Below are positions 1 through 11,046 of a stretch of 64,000 bases of DNA, one piece after another. Below the pieces are notes generated by a model. It saw only the letters and a list, made by a program, of their open reading frames with translations, did not search any database and had not been told where the DNA came from. The translations under genes were made by a program, and so were the position numbers. The DNA lies in contig JAZDMS010000040.1 in assembly GCA_043800705.1 (NCBI GenBank), positions 1-64,000 of the forward strand. Direction: 5' to 3'. Numbering within the stretch: the stretch's first letter is position 1; each line of letters starts with the position of its first letter. This DNA is from Candidatus Altiarchaeota archaeon (GTDB taxonomy: Archaea; Altiarchaeota; Altiarchaeia; IMC4; SCGC-AAA252-I15).

Positions 1-20
1 GGCGCGCTCTGTGCGTGTGT

Positions 21-180
21 TATGGTGCTAGCAACCCGGAGGGTTGCGCATGCATCGGCTTGCGAAAATTGTGTGAGTGTGATCGATGTCCTGCAAACCG
101 AAGGTTTGCTCGGGCATCGGCGCGCTCTGTGAATGGTATGGCGATGTGCTGCAATCCGTTAGGATTGCATGAGCGTCTGC
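21..180. repeat. Array of three ~60-nt stem-loop units (REP-like), probably truncated at the window start
   Basis: GCAACCC-GGA-GGGTTGC (31-47), GCAAACC-GAA-GGTTTGC (93-109), GCAATCC-GTTA-GGATTGC (151-168); GGCGCGCTCTGTG occurs at 1-13 and 119-131. Confidence 0.75.
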
Positions 181-306
181 GCCTGCTTCTGGCGGACTGT
201 AAATTAGGCGATTATCGTTTATATAGTTTTTGGGGGGTATTTCGGAGGTTTCCGTGTTATCCGGCTGTTTTGCGGTTTTTTACTCCCGTTTTCCCGTATC
301 TAATGA

Positions 307-3300
307 GTGAAACTCCCCCCCTACTCTTCATCTCCTGTCGAGTTGGACTCCAAGGTCCGTCAGAGGCTATTGGAGGTACCCGACGTGATGGGCTTTCTCA
401 ACACGAAACGGGGCGAATTCGTCCTGGTATCGCGGTTCTTCGACCGTGCGGGGCTAAGGAGGCTCGTCTTCGAGCTTACAAGGAACGGTTTAGTCGGCTC
501 TGATGAGCGGAGAGAGGTTTTGGCAAAGTTGAGGGACAGGGATTTCGACCCGTCGACGCTCGTTTTCAGAAACGTGTATTTCCGGCATACCCCACGGCTC
601 GGTCATAAGATCGATCCCGTCCGGTTCACGGACGATGTGAGCAAGTCGCAGAGGGTGACCGACGGCATCGACATCATAAGAAAGGGGGAGGAGCCGATGG
701 ATGAGGAAAAGAGGATCGTCTATCGTCTCTATGTCAAATATACTAGCGGGAAGGAGGAGGGTGATAGGGCAGTCAAGTCTGCAGGCAGGCGTTGGAGCTC
801 CAAGAGGTTCACGATCAAGAAGCAGCTGACTCCCCAGGATGCGGAGATCCTATGGCCTTCGGAGCAGGTCAGGGCGGTGATGGGCGAGCAGATCAAAGGG
901 GGCCTCGTCGTCGAGGAGAGGCATCCGGACAGGACGAGTATAAGGCTGGTCGGAAACCACCTTGATGAGAACGGCGCCTGCGTCTTCGCCACCGCCGTTG
1001 CAGGGGCCACCAGGGACATGTTGGACCTTGGGTTGATTTTCAATTATGAAAGATATGGAAATACGCACGTGAGAGCGCTGTTGCAGGGGAATAGGGTCTA
1101 CCCGTTCTACCTCAATACTCCCCTCGGGCAGAATAGATGGGCTGATTCTCAGCGGGCGGATACCATATCCGATCTGATCAGGCGGATAAGGGATTGCAAT
1201 CTTAGGGACCCGAAAAATAACGCCCTCACGCATCACCTGGGGGTTGACGATGAACACCCTACCGGAAGATGGAATCATTTCGCAGATTGGGTCGGCAGGG
1301 CCGTCGGCGACAAGGAGCTTGCAAGTAGGCTGCATGCGGTGAGGTATAACCCAGACGACCCGGAACATACGAGGAGAGAGCTCATGTACCTTCTGGAATC
1401 CGGCATCTATGACGCCAAATACGTCGGAGTCGATAGCTACATAGAACGGCCAGCCGACCCGAACGAGTGGACGGATATTGTCACGAACCAGGTGCGGCAC
1501 ATCCTCTTCATGTTCAGCAACATCGGGGCTAGCATCAGGCCCATCGCATGGAGACGGTTCGAGGACGAATTCAAGGGGGAGCCGTCGACGGATCCGACCG
1601 CCATGAGCCAGGAGATGATCGATTACACCCAAAGATGCCAAATCTTCGACCGGGTCCGTTCTTCGATGCTTGATACGACTGCTGAAGGTCAGACTGACGA
1701 ATACGCACAGGAATATTGGGTGGCGTTCTTCGATTCCGTCGGTCAGAAGGTTCCGCTTCAGTCGCCTGCCTCCGAAGCGGACCACGAACTTCTCACCCTG
1801 AGCCTGGAGCAGTTGAAGATCCCAAGGAAAATCGGCCGTGAAATCGCATGGGATGTGGCCCTGAAGGGAAAGGGTCGGGTCCCGCCCATCGAAGCCCGTA
1901 ACCTGCTTTTCTCGGCCTCGGATTCCGACGGGGGGAGATTGGTCCAGGCATATGACTCTGAAAACAATCCCGTGATGAGGTACCTCATCAAACGGGTCGA
2001 TCCGTCGGAAAAGGAAAACTATGCCATTGCGGCAGGCGAGGGCCTTGGACCCAAGCTGATAGATACCGAAGACAGCGAATGCGTCGTCATGGAATACAAC
2101 AACATGCCTCTGGAAACCATTGCACTGCCTCAGTGTTCGAGATTCGGGGTGGGATTGGCGAGGGCGGTCTCAAGAGGCTATCGCCGCGGGTTCCTTCCTT
2201 CGAATATGGACGCCCGATCGGTGATAGCGGTCGAGGATGAAGGGGGTGTGAAGGTCCTGTTCACTGACTGGTCCAAGCTGATTAAATTCCCAGACCAAAA
2301 ATCGCCTGAGCGGCATCAGGCCATAGTGGAGCATCTGGCCAAGAACATGGATTTCATCCATGCGGTCCCGTCCCCTGACCTAGCATTCAAGTCGATGGAG
2401 CAGGAGCTGCTCTGGTCGAGGGCGAGGGACAAAAAGGAAGCCAAGGTCATCCAAACCCTTCTCAAAGACCTCAAGACCGCCCTTGGGGAAAGGCCTGCCT
2501 GGACGGACCTGATGGCTGCCGCAAGAAAGGCCATACTAATCAATGAAAGATTCAGGAGGGTCCAGTCAAGGTGGCTTAAGACACTCAGGGAGACGGACCC
2601 CCTGACAAACTATCACCCGGATACGCAAAAGAAGATCGAATCGCTCTATGACCCCATCCACGAGGGACTTAAGCAGCTTTTCGAAGAGGGCTTCTTCAAG
2701 GATGTCGCAGCCGATGCCAGGCACATGCACATATATGTTCCCGGCGGCCCGTCAACGGTGATCGATGCAAAGACCGGGGCGGTCGACGTCAGCGAAGGGT
2801 TCTTCCTTTTCGAATTGTACGACCTCGAAGAGGACAAGTCCAGGTACCTTAAGAATATGTTCAAAATCCCGTTCAAGGACGGCAAGATCGGGGGGTATGA
2901 GCTGATAGACAAGGAGGACCTGGAGCGTCTGAAGAGGACGCATGTCAGTCCCGCCGCATTCAAGATACACCTGAGGGTATATCAGGACGGGGAACGCTTG
3001 ATTGGCGACCAAAAATACGGCTTCCAGCCGCCGGAGAGGCTATTCACCGCATGCGAGGACATTGAAACGCTCCGGCAGGCGACAGGTGGCAGGACGCTCA
3101 AGGAGGCAGGCCTTTCAAACTATCGGGCGGGGAGAGAAGCGCTCAATGCCCTCAGGAAGCAGGTGATGGTCGAGGATTCCTGGGAGTTCGCCCTCAACAG
3201 GATCGTCCTTGAATTCGTAGACTGGTATGGCGTCATAAAACACATCCTGGACAAAAGAGACACGATAGAGGTTGATCCTATCCACGGCAATGACGGTCCT

Positions 3301-4488
3301 GAATTAAAGCGCAAGGCCGACATCGAGGCCAGGCGCAGGTTCATGGTGGAGTGCGCCGTTAGGCTCGATCCTGCGAACACCGAATTCCTCCTTGACGGAA
3401 GGATACCTGCGCTCGATCATAGCCCGACGAAGACCCCGGAGCTCGTCGACTTCAAGGCCCGTAGGTATCCACACCTCGACGAGCGCATCAGCTTCCTGAC
3501 GACGCTTGAGAGCGCCATGCCCCTCGTCTACGAGCATGAAAAAAACCAGCTGGGATACAGGATGTCGGAGAGTGAGCAGACTGCGTTCTTGCAGAACCTC
3601 GTTGCTGGCGGCGATTTCGAATGGGTCAAGCTCAGAAGCAAGGTCCCGCACGAATATATCCTGGGCATACAATACCTCCAGGACAAGAGACACTATACCG
3701 TAGCCTTGAAGGTCGCGACTGAAAAGGGCGATAGGTCTGTTGTCTTGAAGAATACCGACCAATTGGGCGAAATAATACCTGCGACGATCCTCATGAACAT
3801 ACGCGGGCCCGACGGCAACCCGTTGATCAGGGTGCCGCATATCGTAGCCATGGACCCGGGATTCAGCTGCATGACCCTGATGGAAGGCATGAAACTCGGG
3901 GAAGCCGGATCCCTTGTCGGGCCGTACTCTGAGAAGCTGGCTTTCGAGTTCGGAGCCCACGCCCACCTAAAATTCGGAGAAGGGCATCCCGGCAATTTCC
4001 TTATCACAACGGACGGGAAGCTTACGAGATTGGACCTGGAGCACATACCCAATTTCGAAACCATCCGCAGGCAATCGCTTGCGAATCTCGGCGTATCCGG
4101 ATTGGATGAAAGGGTCCAAACGCTCGCCTGCTATCCCGTCTGGAATGAGATCATGATGATGCGCTACGTCATACCCGACTTTGCGGAAAGGAGGGGTGTC
4201 TATTGGGCGAAGTTCCAGGAAGGCATGAGGTATGCGGATCCGCAGGTGAAGGCGTCCGCGCCGACGATCATGGGCCTCGTCGAGCGGCTTAACGGCAGTT
4301 ATCCGGTGTCGAGGACGAAGCTGGATGACATGTTCCTGAAGCAGATAATGCTTACGCTTGATGCGCCCTGCGAGGAAGTGCTGAAGGCGATACCCCGCTA
4401 TGCGGCGAATCTATACGAAGGATTAGGCAGAAACATTTCCCCTCAGTACCTCGAAGATGCGGAATTCTGGAGGGCTCAGACTGCATGA
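307..4488 (+). CDS. Large hypothetical protein with two kinase-like modules (Bud32/RIO-like pseudokinase and PI3/4K-like module)
   Basis: 1393-aa ORF; GLGPKL..VVMEY..GFLPSNMDARSVI..TDWS and VPHI..GEGHPGNFLITTDGKLTRLDLE motifs; start uncertain (GTG 307 vs out-of-frame ATG 303). Confidence 0.7.
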   Translation: MKLPPYSSSPVELDSKVRQRLLEVPDVMGFLNTKRGEFVLVSRFFDRAGLRRLVFELTRNGLVGSDERREVLAKLRDRDFDPSTLVFRNVYFRHTPRLGHKIDPVRFTDDVSKSQRVTDGIDIIRKGEEPMDEEKRIVYRLYVKYTSGKEEGDRAVKSAGRRWSSKRFTIKKQLTPQDAEILWPSEQVRAVMGEQIKGGLVVEERHPDRTSIRLVGNHLDENGACVFATAVAGATRDMLDLGLIFNYERYGNTHVRALLQGNRVYPFYLNTPLGQNRWADSQRADTISDLIRRIRDCNLRDPKNNALTHHLGVDDEHPTGRWNHFADWVGRAVGDKELASRLHAVRYNPDDPEHTRRELMYLLESGIYDAKYVGVDSYIERPADPNEWTDIVTNQVRHILFMFSNIGASIRPIAWRRFEDEFKGEPSTDPTAMSQEMIDYTQRCQIFDRVRSSMLDTTAEGQTDEYAQEYWVAFFDSVGQKVPLQSPASEADHELLTLSLEQLKIPRKIGREIAWDVALKGKGRVPPIEARNLLFSASDSDGGRLVQAYDSENNPVMRYLIKRVDPSEKENYAIAAGEGLGPKLIDTEDSECVVMEYNNMPLETIALPQCSRFGVGLARAVSRGYRRGFLPSNMDARSVIAVEDEGGVKVLFTDWSKLIKFPDQKSPERHQAIVEHLAKNMDFIHAVPSPDLAFKSMEQELLWSRARDKKEAKVIQTLLKDLKTALGERPAWTDLMAAARKAILINERFRRVQSRWLKTLRETDPLTNYHPDTQKKIESLYDPIHEGLKQLFEEGFFKDVAADARHMHIYVPGGPSTVIDAKTGAVDVSEGFFLFELYDLEEDKSRYLKNMFKIPFKDGKIGGYELIDKEDLERLKRTHVSPAAFKIHLRVYQDGERLIGDQKYGFQPPERLFTACEDIETLRQATGGRTLKEAGLSNYRAGREALNALRKQVMVEDSWEFALNRIVLEFVDWYGVIKHILDKRDTIEVDPIHGNDGPELKRKADIEARRRFMVECAVRLDPANTEFLLDGRIPALDHSPTKTPELVDFKARRYPHLDERISFLTTLESAMPLVYEHEKNQLGYRMSESEQTAFLQNLVAGGDFEWVKLRSKVPHEYILGIQYLQDKRHYTVALKVATEKGDRSVVLKNTDQLGEIIPATILMNIRGPDGNPLIRVPHIVAMDPGFSCMTLMEGMKLGEAGSLVGPYSEKLAFEFGAHAHLKFGEGHPGNFLITTDGKLTRLDLEHIPNFETIRRQSLANLGVSGLDERVQTLACYPVWNEIMMMRYVIPDFAERRGVYWAKFQEGMRYADPQVKASAPTIMGLVERLNGSYPVSRTKLDDMFLKQIMLTLDAPCEEVLKAIPRYAANLYEGLGRNISPQYLEDAEFWRAQTA

Positions 4489-4826
4489 AAACGAAAGGTG
4501 GCGTCATGGTAAAGTCGGATGCGATCAGGACGGCGATGGAATTGGTCGATTCGATGGACCCTGAAAAACCGTTCGAACTCATCCTCATGAGATCCGACAG
4601 CGGATTGGCCTGCCGCATCCCCGAAAAGATCAGGGCGAAGATGACCCTCTCCCCCGCCCTTTGCAACATCATGGCAGGCGCATACAGGATCCCGGTAGAC
4701 GGCCTCCAGGAATACCTGACTCTTAAGGAGATAAAGTCGTTCGTCAAGGCAGTCCTCGAAACCCAATCCTGGTTCCAGGTTAAGACAGCGGAAACAGACA
4801 TATACTGCATGGAGCCGCCTATTTAA
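4485..4826 (+). CDS. Hypothetical protein, translationally coupled to the large ORF
   Basis: 113-aa ORF with ATGA start/stop overlap. Confidence 0.6.
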   Translation: MKTKGGVMVKSDAIRTAMELVDSMDPEKPFELILMRSDSGLACRIPEKIRAKMTLSPALCNIMAGAYRIPVDGLQEYLTLKEIKSFVKAVLETQSWFQVKTAETDIYCMEPPI

Positions 4827-4859
4827 ACCTCGTGGCCGTATAATATGTCCACACCATAT

Positions 4860-4982
4860 CCCGTCTTAGCGTAGACTGGTTAACGCGGCCGCCTGTAGTT
4901 GGTTTATAGCCTGTTATGGGTTATGCGGCTGGTTTTGTCAGCAGTCAGCGGCAGACCTCCGGTTCAAATCCGGAAGACGGGA
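4860..4982 (+). tRNA. tRNA-Tyr(GUA) with 48-nt intron at 37/38 (4899-4946)
   Basis: Acceptor CCCGTCT/AGACGGG-A (C1:G72), D stem GCGT/ACGC, anticodon stem GCCGC/GCGGC with CT-GTA-G, T arm TCCGG-TTCAAAT-CCGGA; BHB central helix CUGU/GCAG with two 3-nt bulges. Confidence 0.95.
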
Positions 4983-5044
4983 AGCTCCTTTCTTTTCATT
5001 GCCTGTAGCGGGTCGTCCTGAAAAAGATAATAAAGAAATAGTTG

Positions 5045-5066
5045 CGGAGCTGTATCGGCAGCTCCG
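5045..5066. terminator. Hairpin between convergent tRNA-Tyr and gdhA
   Basis: CGGAGCTG-TATCGG-CAGCTCCG 8-bp stem; T-rich tract follows on the minus strand. Confidence 0.45.
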
Positions 5067-5078
5067 TCTTGTCGAGGC

Positions 5079-6482
<1,404 letters not shown>

Positions 6483-6487
6483 TCAAA

Positions 6488-7036
6488 GTGAAACTATCTA
6501 AGAATGATCTGGCTATATTGAAGCTGCTCATAGTGGACGGGCGCATCTCGGCATCGGAGATAGGCCGCCGCCTGAGCTTATCCTCCCAGGGCGCGGGCAA
6601 GATCATCCAAAGGCTTCAGAAGGAGGGAGTCATCAGGGGATTCTCAACCGACATAGATTACTCCGCCATCGGAATCACGGTATTCGCCGTGGCGCTCTTC
6701 AGGTTCAAGTCCGGCGCATGGAGCAGGCTGGAGAAGGAGGACATCCAGAAGAGGGTGAAAGGCCCGCACCTTATAAGGTTCTATCGCTTCTCCGAAGGGG
6801 ACGTGACCCACATGGTCGTCTACGGCTTCCGGAGCCTGAAGGAGCTGGACAACTACTTCCACGTCCTGCAGACAGAACGCGGCCACATATCCGAGCTGAT
6901 GAAGCTGTATGTACTTTCCTCGGAGAGCGTGCTGAAAGACTCCCCCTCGGAACTCTACCTGGAGCTGATAAAGGAATACGGCTCCGAGAAGCTCGCGAGA
7001 CCTGAGTCGCCGGCCAAGGAACACGAATACCCCTAG
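6488..7036 (+). CDS. Lrp/AsnC family transcriptional regulator
   Basis: N-terminal HTH (ILKLL.DGRIS.SEIGRRLSLS...RLQKEGVIRGF) plus C-terminal RAM-like domain. Confidence 0.85.
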   Translation: MKLSKNDLAILKLLIVDGRISASEIGRRLSLSSQGAGKIIQRLQKEGVIRGFSTDIDYSAIGITVFAVALFRFKSGAWSRLEKEDIQKRVKGPHLIRFYRFSEGDVTHMVVYGFRSLKELDNYFHVLQTERGHISELMKLYVLSSESVLKDSPSELYLELIKEYGSEKLARPESPAKEHEYP

Positions 7037-7091
7037 TCATGAAGAGAATCTACCTATTTTTCTAGTATTTTTTTGATGTTTTTGGCAGGAT

Positions 7092-7108
7092 TTTAAGATA
7101 TTCTTAAA
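7092..7108. promoter_or_regulatory. Palindromic candidate operator upstream of second Lrp gene
   Basis: TTTAAGA-TAT-TCTTAAA inverted repeat 25 nt before ATG 7134. Confidence 0.35.
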
Positions 7109-7133
7109 TGTAAACTCATTATATTGTCTGCTT

Positions 7134-7685
7134 ATGAAACTTAGCCTTTCCGAGAACGAGAAGAGCGTCCTTGGGATGGTGATATCCGACGGGCGGCTGA
7201 CCTGTACCGAGATGGGCAGGCGTATCGGCATCTCCTCCCAGGCGGTGGGAAAGATCGTGGACAAGCTGGAGTCTTCGGGCATCGTCACGGGATACACGGC
7301 CACCGTCGACTACGAGCGGCTGGGGGTCGAGGTGTTCGCGGTCGGATTCTTCCGGTTCAAATCCGGCTCGTGGGCGAGGCTGGAGGAGGCGGACATCAGG
7401 GAACGGCTGCGGGGGCCTCACCTCATACAGGTGATGCGTGTCGTAGAAGGCGACGCCACCCACATGATACTCTACGGTTTCAGGAGCATGAAGGAATTGG
7501 ACAACTACTTCCACATACTGCAGCAGGAGCGGGGGCACATCTCGGAGCTGAGGAAACTGTACGTCCTGTCAGCGTCGAGCGTGCTTAAGGACTCCCCAAA
7601 CGAACTCCTGCTGAAGGCTATATCGGAGCTCGGCGAGGAGGTCCTCGGGAGGCCGGAGCCTCCGAAGCCGCTTACCGAATCCTAG
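7134..7685 (+). CDS. Lrp/AsnC family regulator, tandem paralog
   Basis: Shares FRFKSG.W.RLE, GPHLI, YGFRS.KELDNYFH.LQ.ERGHISEL.KLYVLS, SVLKDSP with 6488-7036. Confidence 0.85.
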   Translation: MKLSLSENEKSVLGMVISDGRLTCTEMGRRIGISSQAVGKIVDKLESSGIVTGYTATVDYERLGVEVFAVGFFRFKSGSWARLEEADIRERLRGPHLIQVMRVVEGDATHMILYGFRSMKELDNYFHILQQERGHISELRKLYVLSASSVLKDSPNELLLKAISELGEEVLGRPEPPKPLTES

Positions 7686-8092
7686 AACCTGAAGTCCTTG
7701 AAGTGGTAGGTCTCCTTGAACAGGCGGGGTATGAACTGCTTCACGACGTCCCTTGTGGTGAGTATCCCTATGACTTCGCCCTTTTCGACCACGGGCAGCC
7801 TCCTGAAGCTGTTCTCGTTGAAGACCCTGCATATCTCGTAGAGGTCTGTCGAGCCTTCGATGGTGGTGACCGGCGAAGTCATTATTTTCCCGGCCTGGAC
7901 CTTTTTCGGGTCTTTCCCCTTCGCGACGACCTTGCTGGTGATGTCCCTCTCGGTGAGTATGCCAAGGCCCTTCTTCGACCTGATAAGGACCGAACCGATC
8001 CTCTTCCTGCTCATGAGCCCGGCGACGTCCGTCACCGGCATGTCAGCCTCGACGAACGTGTGCTGGTGCATTATCTTCCTGGCTTCGATCAT
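7682..8092 (-). CDS. CBS-domain pair protein
   Basis: GILTERDI, IMTSPVTTI, RRLPVVE..EVIGILTTRDV. Confidence 0.9.
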   Translation of the reverse strand: MIEARKIMHQHTFVEADMPVTDVAGLMSRKRIGSVLIRSKKGLGILTERDITSKVVAKGKDPKKVQAGKIMTSPVTTIEGSTDLYEICRVFNENSFRRLPVVEKGEVIGILTTRDVVKQFIPRLFKETYHFKDFRF

Positions 8093-8221
8093 TCATACAC
8101 CTCGTCATATCCATTTGTCTCATTGTATATATAACGGCGCATGGAGTAACGCATCATCAGTCCTCATATCATGTATGAACCTCCCCCTGCGTTTTTATTT
8201 CCCGGAGTGCAATACTGAGAA

Positions 8222-10549
8222 ATGGCCCTTTTCATCTTGTTCGGTCTCACTGCGTTCGAACAGGCTGCAATACTCTCCGTCCTCGGCATCTCCCTCCTCG
8301 GCTTACTCTACGCCTACATCCTGCGCAGGCAGATAATGCGTGAGGACACAGGCGACGACAAGATGCGGGAAGTCTGGGGCGCGATACGCGAAGGCGCGGA
8401 GGCATACCTTTGGAGGCAGCTGAAGGCGGTCCTCCCGCTCATACTGATTCTGACGGTCGCATTGTTCTTCTCGGTCTACGTCGTCCCCCCGTCTGAGGCG
8501 GCCGTGGAGCGCTTCAGCGAATACAGGGACCAGCCGGAGATGATCAGGCTCATCGTCGGATTGGGCAGGGCGATCGCTTTCGTCATGGGCGCGACGTTCT
8601 CGCTTCTTGTCGGCCAGCTCGGGATGCGTATCGCCATTCAGGGTAACATCAGGGTCGCAGCGGCGTCGAGGAAATCGTTCGGCGATGCGCTCAGGATCGC
8701 ATACAGGACGGGGACGGTCACAGGCATGCTCACCGACGGTCTCGGACTCTTCGGCGGAACAATCATCTTCCTCATATTCGGCGTCGCATCGCCTGACGCC
8801 CTGTTGGGCTTCGGGTTCGGCGGAACGCTCCTCGCCCTCTTCATGCGGGTGGGTGGGGGCATATACACTAAGGCCGCCGACGTCGGCGCGGACCTTGTCG
8901 GAAAGGTCGAGGCCGGCATACCCGAAGACGACCCCAGGAATCCGGCGGTCATAGCTGACCTCGTCGGCGACAACGTCGGCGACTGCGCCGGGATGGCGGC
9001 CGACATCTTCGAATCATACGAGGTCACCATAGTATCCTCTCTCATCCTCGGGCTGGCGCTGTATCAGATCAGCGGCCACATGGAATGGATAATCTATCCG
9101 CTCCTGGTGAGGGGGATAGGGGTCCTGTGCTCGATATTCGGCACATACATGGTGAAGGCAGGCCCAGGCAAGAGCGGAGACGCGATGGCCGCGATATTCA
9201 AGGGCTACATGACATCAGCCCTTATCTCCATACTGCTCATCGGAGCCCTCGCATACCTCTACATGCAGGCAGTCCCCGGCGGATGGTGGAGGCCGTTCCT
9301 GGCGACTGTAGCCGGAATATTGCTGGCCATACTCATCGACCGCCTGACGGAGCATTTCACAGGCACCAACGGCGGCCCCGTCAACGAGATCAAAAAGGCC
9401 ACAAGCAGCGGCCCCGCCACGACGATTCTCTCCGGTCTGGCCGTCGGCTACGAGTCCGCGGTATGGGCGACGATAGTCATCGCAGCGACGATATTCTCGT
9501 CGGTCCTGATATTCGGGGGCATACCCGGCGTCGGCGCCTCCGACAACGTCACCTACATACTCTTCGGCGTCGCATTGACGGGCATCGGGATGCTCACATT
9601 GACGGGCAACAACGTCGCGATGGACACGTTCGGCCCCATCTCCGACAACGCGAACGGGATAGGGGAGATGGCCTGGCACGACAAAAACGACGAGGAGACG
9701 AAGTCTGCAAGAAGGATCCTATCGGACCTGGACGGCGTCGGGAACACGACTAAGGCGATCACGAAGGGTGTCGCGATCGGGTCTGCGGTCATCGCCGCGG
9801 TCTCGCTGTTCGGCTCATACATGGTCGACGTAAGCCAGGTGCAGGCTGTCATGGGCCTTCCTGCGGCCGAGCTTCTGAAGAACGTGGGCATAAGGGTTTC
9901 AATGCCCAACGTATTCATCGGCATGCTAATCGGGGGTGCGCTGCCCTGGCTGTTCTCGTGCTTTTCGATAATGGCAGTTAGCAGGGCCGCGTCGCTGATA
10001 GTCGAGGAGGTTAGGCGGCAGTTCCGCTCCGGCGTATTGGATGGGCGGGTCAAACCAGACTACCAGGCGGCTGTAAGCATATCCACTGCCGCGGCCCAGA
10101 AGGAACTGGTCAACCTAGCGCTCCTTGGCATCCTGTCCCCCATCCTCGTCGGGCTCCTTTTCGGAGTCGAGGCGCTTGGCGGATTCCTCGCGGGAACCAT
10201 CGTCTCAGGGCAGCTTTTAGCGGTCTTCATGTCCAATGCGGGGGGCGCATGGGACAACACGAAAAAGGTCATCGAGGACGAGCCGTCAGACATCCTGAAG
10301 AACACAGGAAAAGGCTCGGACCGCCACAAGGCGAGCGTCGTCGGAGACACCGTCGGAGACCCGCTGAAGGACACGGCCGGGCCGGCCTTGAACCCCATGA
10401 TAAAGGTCGTCAACCTTGTCTCCGTGATAATCGCGCCGATCATCGTCCAATACGAAAGAAGCGGGGTAGTATACTGGGCGATAGTGGCGGTACTGCTTGG
10501 CATATTGGCATGGGCTATTATGGCGAGCAAAAGGCCGGTGCCGGGTTGA
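8222..10549 (+). CDS. hppA: Membrane-bound pyrophosphatase, probably K+-independent H+-translocating type
   Basis: GGGIYTKAADVGADLVGKVE, EDDPRNP, DNVGD, GDTVGDPLKDT; GNTTKA (Lys) marks the K+-independent type. Confidence 0.93.
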   Translation: MALFILFGLTAFEQAAILSVLGISLLGLLYAYILRRQIMREDTGDDKMREVWGAIREGAEAYLWRQLKAVLPLILILTVALFFSVYVVPPSEAAVERFSEYRDQPEMIRLIVGLGRAIAFVMGATFSLLVGQLGMRIAIQGNIRVAAASRKSFGDALRIAYRTGTVTGMLTDGLGLFGGTIIFLIFGVASPDALLGFGFGGTLLALFMRVGGGIYTKAADVGADLVGKVEAGIPEDDPRNPAVIADLVGDNVGDCAGMAADIFESYEVTIVSSLILGLALYQISGHMEWIIYPLLVRGIGVLCSIFGTYMVKAGPGKSGDAMAAIFKGYMTSALISILLIGALAYLYMQAVPGGWWRPFLATVAGILLAILIDRLTEHFTGTNGGPVNEIKKATSSGPATTILSGLAVGYESAVWATIVIAATIFSSVLIFGGIPGVGASDNVTYILFGVALTGIGMLTLTGNNVAMDTFGPISDNANGIGEMAWHDKNDEETKSARRILSDLDGVGNTTKAITKGVAIGSAVIAAVSLFGSYMVDVSQVQAVMGLPAAELLKNVGIRVSMPNVFIGMLIGGALPWLFSCFSIMAVSRAASLIVEEVRRQFRSGVLDGRVKPDYQAAVSISTAAAQKELVNLALLGILSPILVGLLFGVEALGGFLAGTIVSGQLLAVFMSNAGGAWDNTKKVIEDEPSDILKNTGKGSDRHKASVVGDTVGDPLKDTAGPALNPMIKVVNLVSVIIAPIIVQYERSGVVYWAIVAVLLGILAWAIMASKRPVPG

Positions 10550-10598
10550 ATCCGGTCTTTCAACATTTATCTTCGGGTGCTTCCTTTCTCATTATGCC

Positions 10599-11039
10599 AT
10601 GAATCAGCGAACTATGGACAAGGTCAGGCGGTTCGACCCTGGCATAATAGAGGCCAGTCCGAAGGCCGCCGAAGTCGTGGCGATCGCAATCGACCACGGA
10701 TTCCAGCTGATTGAACCCAAGGGGTTGGGCGATTTCTCCAGGCTTGTCCCCCACCCGTTCGGTGAGAAAACGCCTGAACATAAGCGCGCCAAGTTCGTCT
10801 TTGCCATGAACGGCAGGGGCAAATCACTGGGCCTATCGCTCGAAGACCTCGAAGCAGTGCCCTGGCATCGGATCGACTTCACAGATGCTGACGGCCTGAG
10901 ATTAAAAGAGCGCGTCGGAGCCCAGATAACTCCAGTGGCTGGCCTGGATAACGGGCCTGGCGGCCCTAGAAATCGGATCGGCAAATTATCCACCCGGGAC
11001 CATGAGATGCTGAAAACAGGACAATCTAGGACGATTTAG
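10599..11039 (+). CDS. Hypothetical protein
   Basis: 146-aa ORF filling the gap between hppA and the convergent reductase; no recognised motif. Confidence 0.5.
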   Translation: MNQRTMDKVRRFDPGIIEASPKAAEVVAIAIDHGFQLIEPKGLGDFSRLVPHPFGEKTPEHKRAKFVFAMNGRGKSLGLSLEDLEAVPWHRIDFTDADGLRLKERVGAQITPVAGLDNGPGGPRNRIGKLSTRDHEMLKTGQSRTI

Positions 11040-11046
11040 GTTCGTC

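Noticed and set aside
1-180. CRISPR array interpretation of the ~60-nt repeats
   Set aside because: Units are too divergent in sequence, conserve only structure, and no cas genes are in the window.
4827-5078. Integrated element at tRNA-Tyr
   Set aside because: No integrase and no duplicated tRNA end found in the window.
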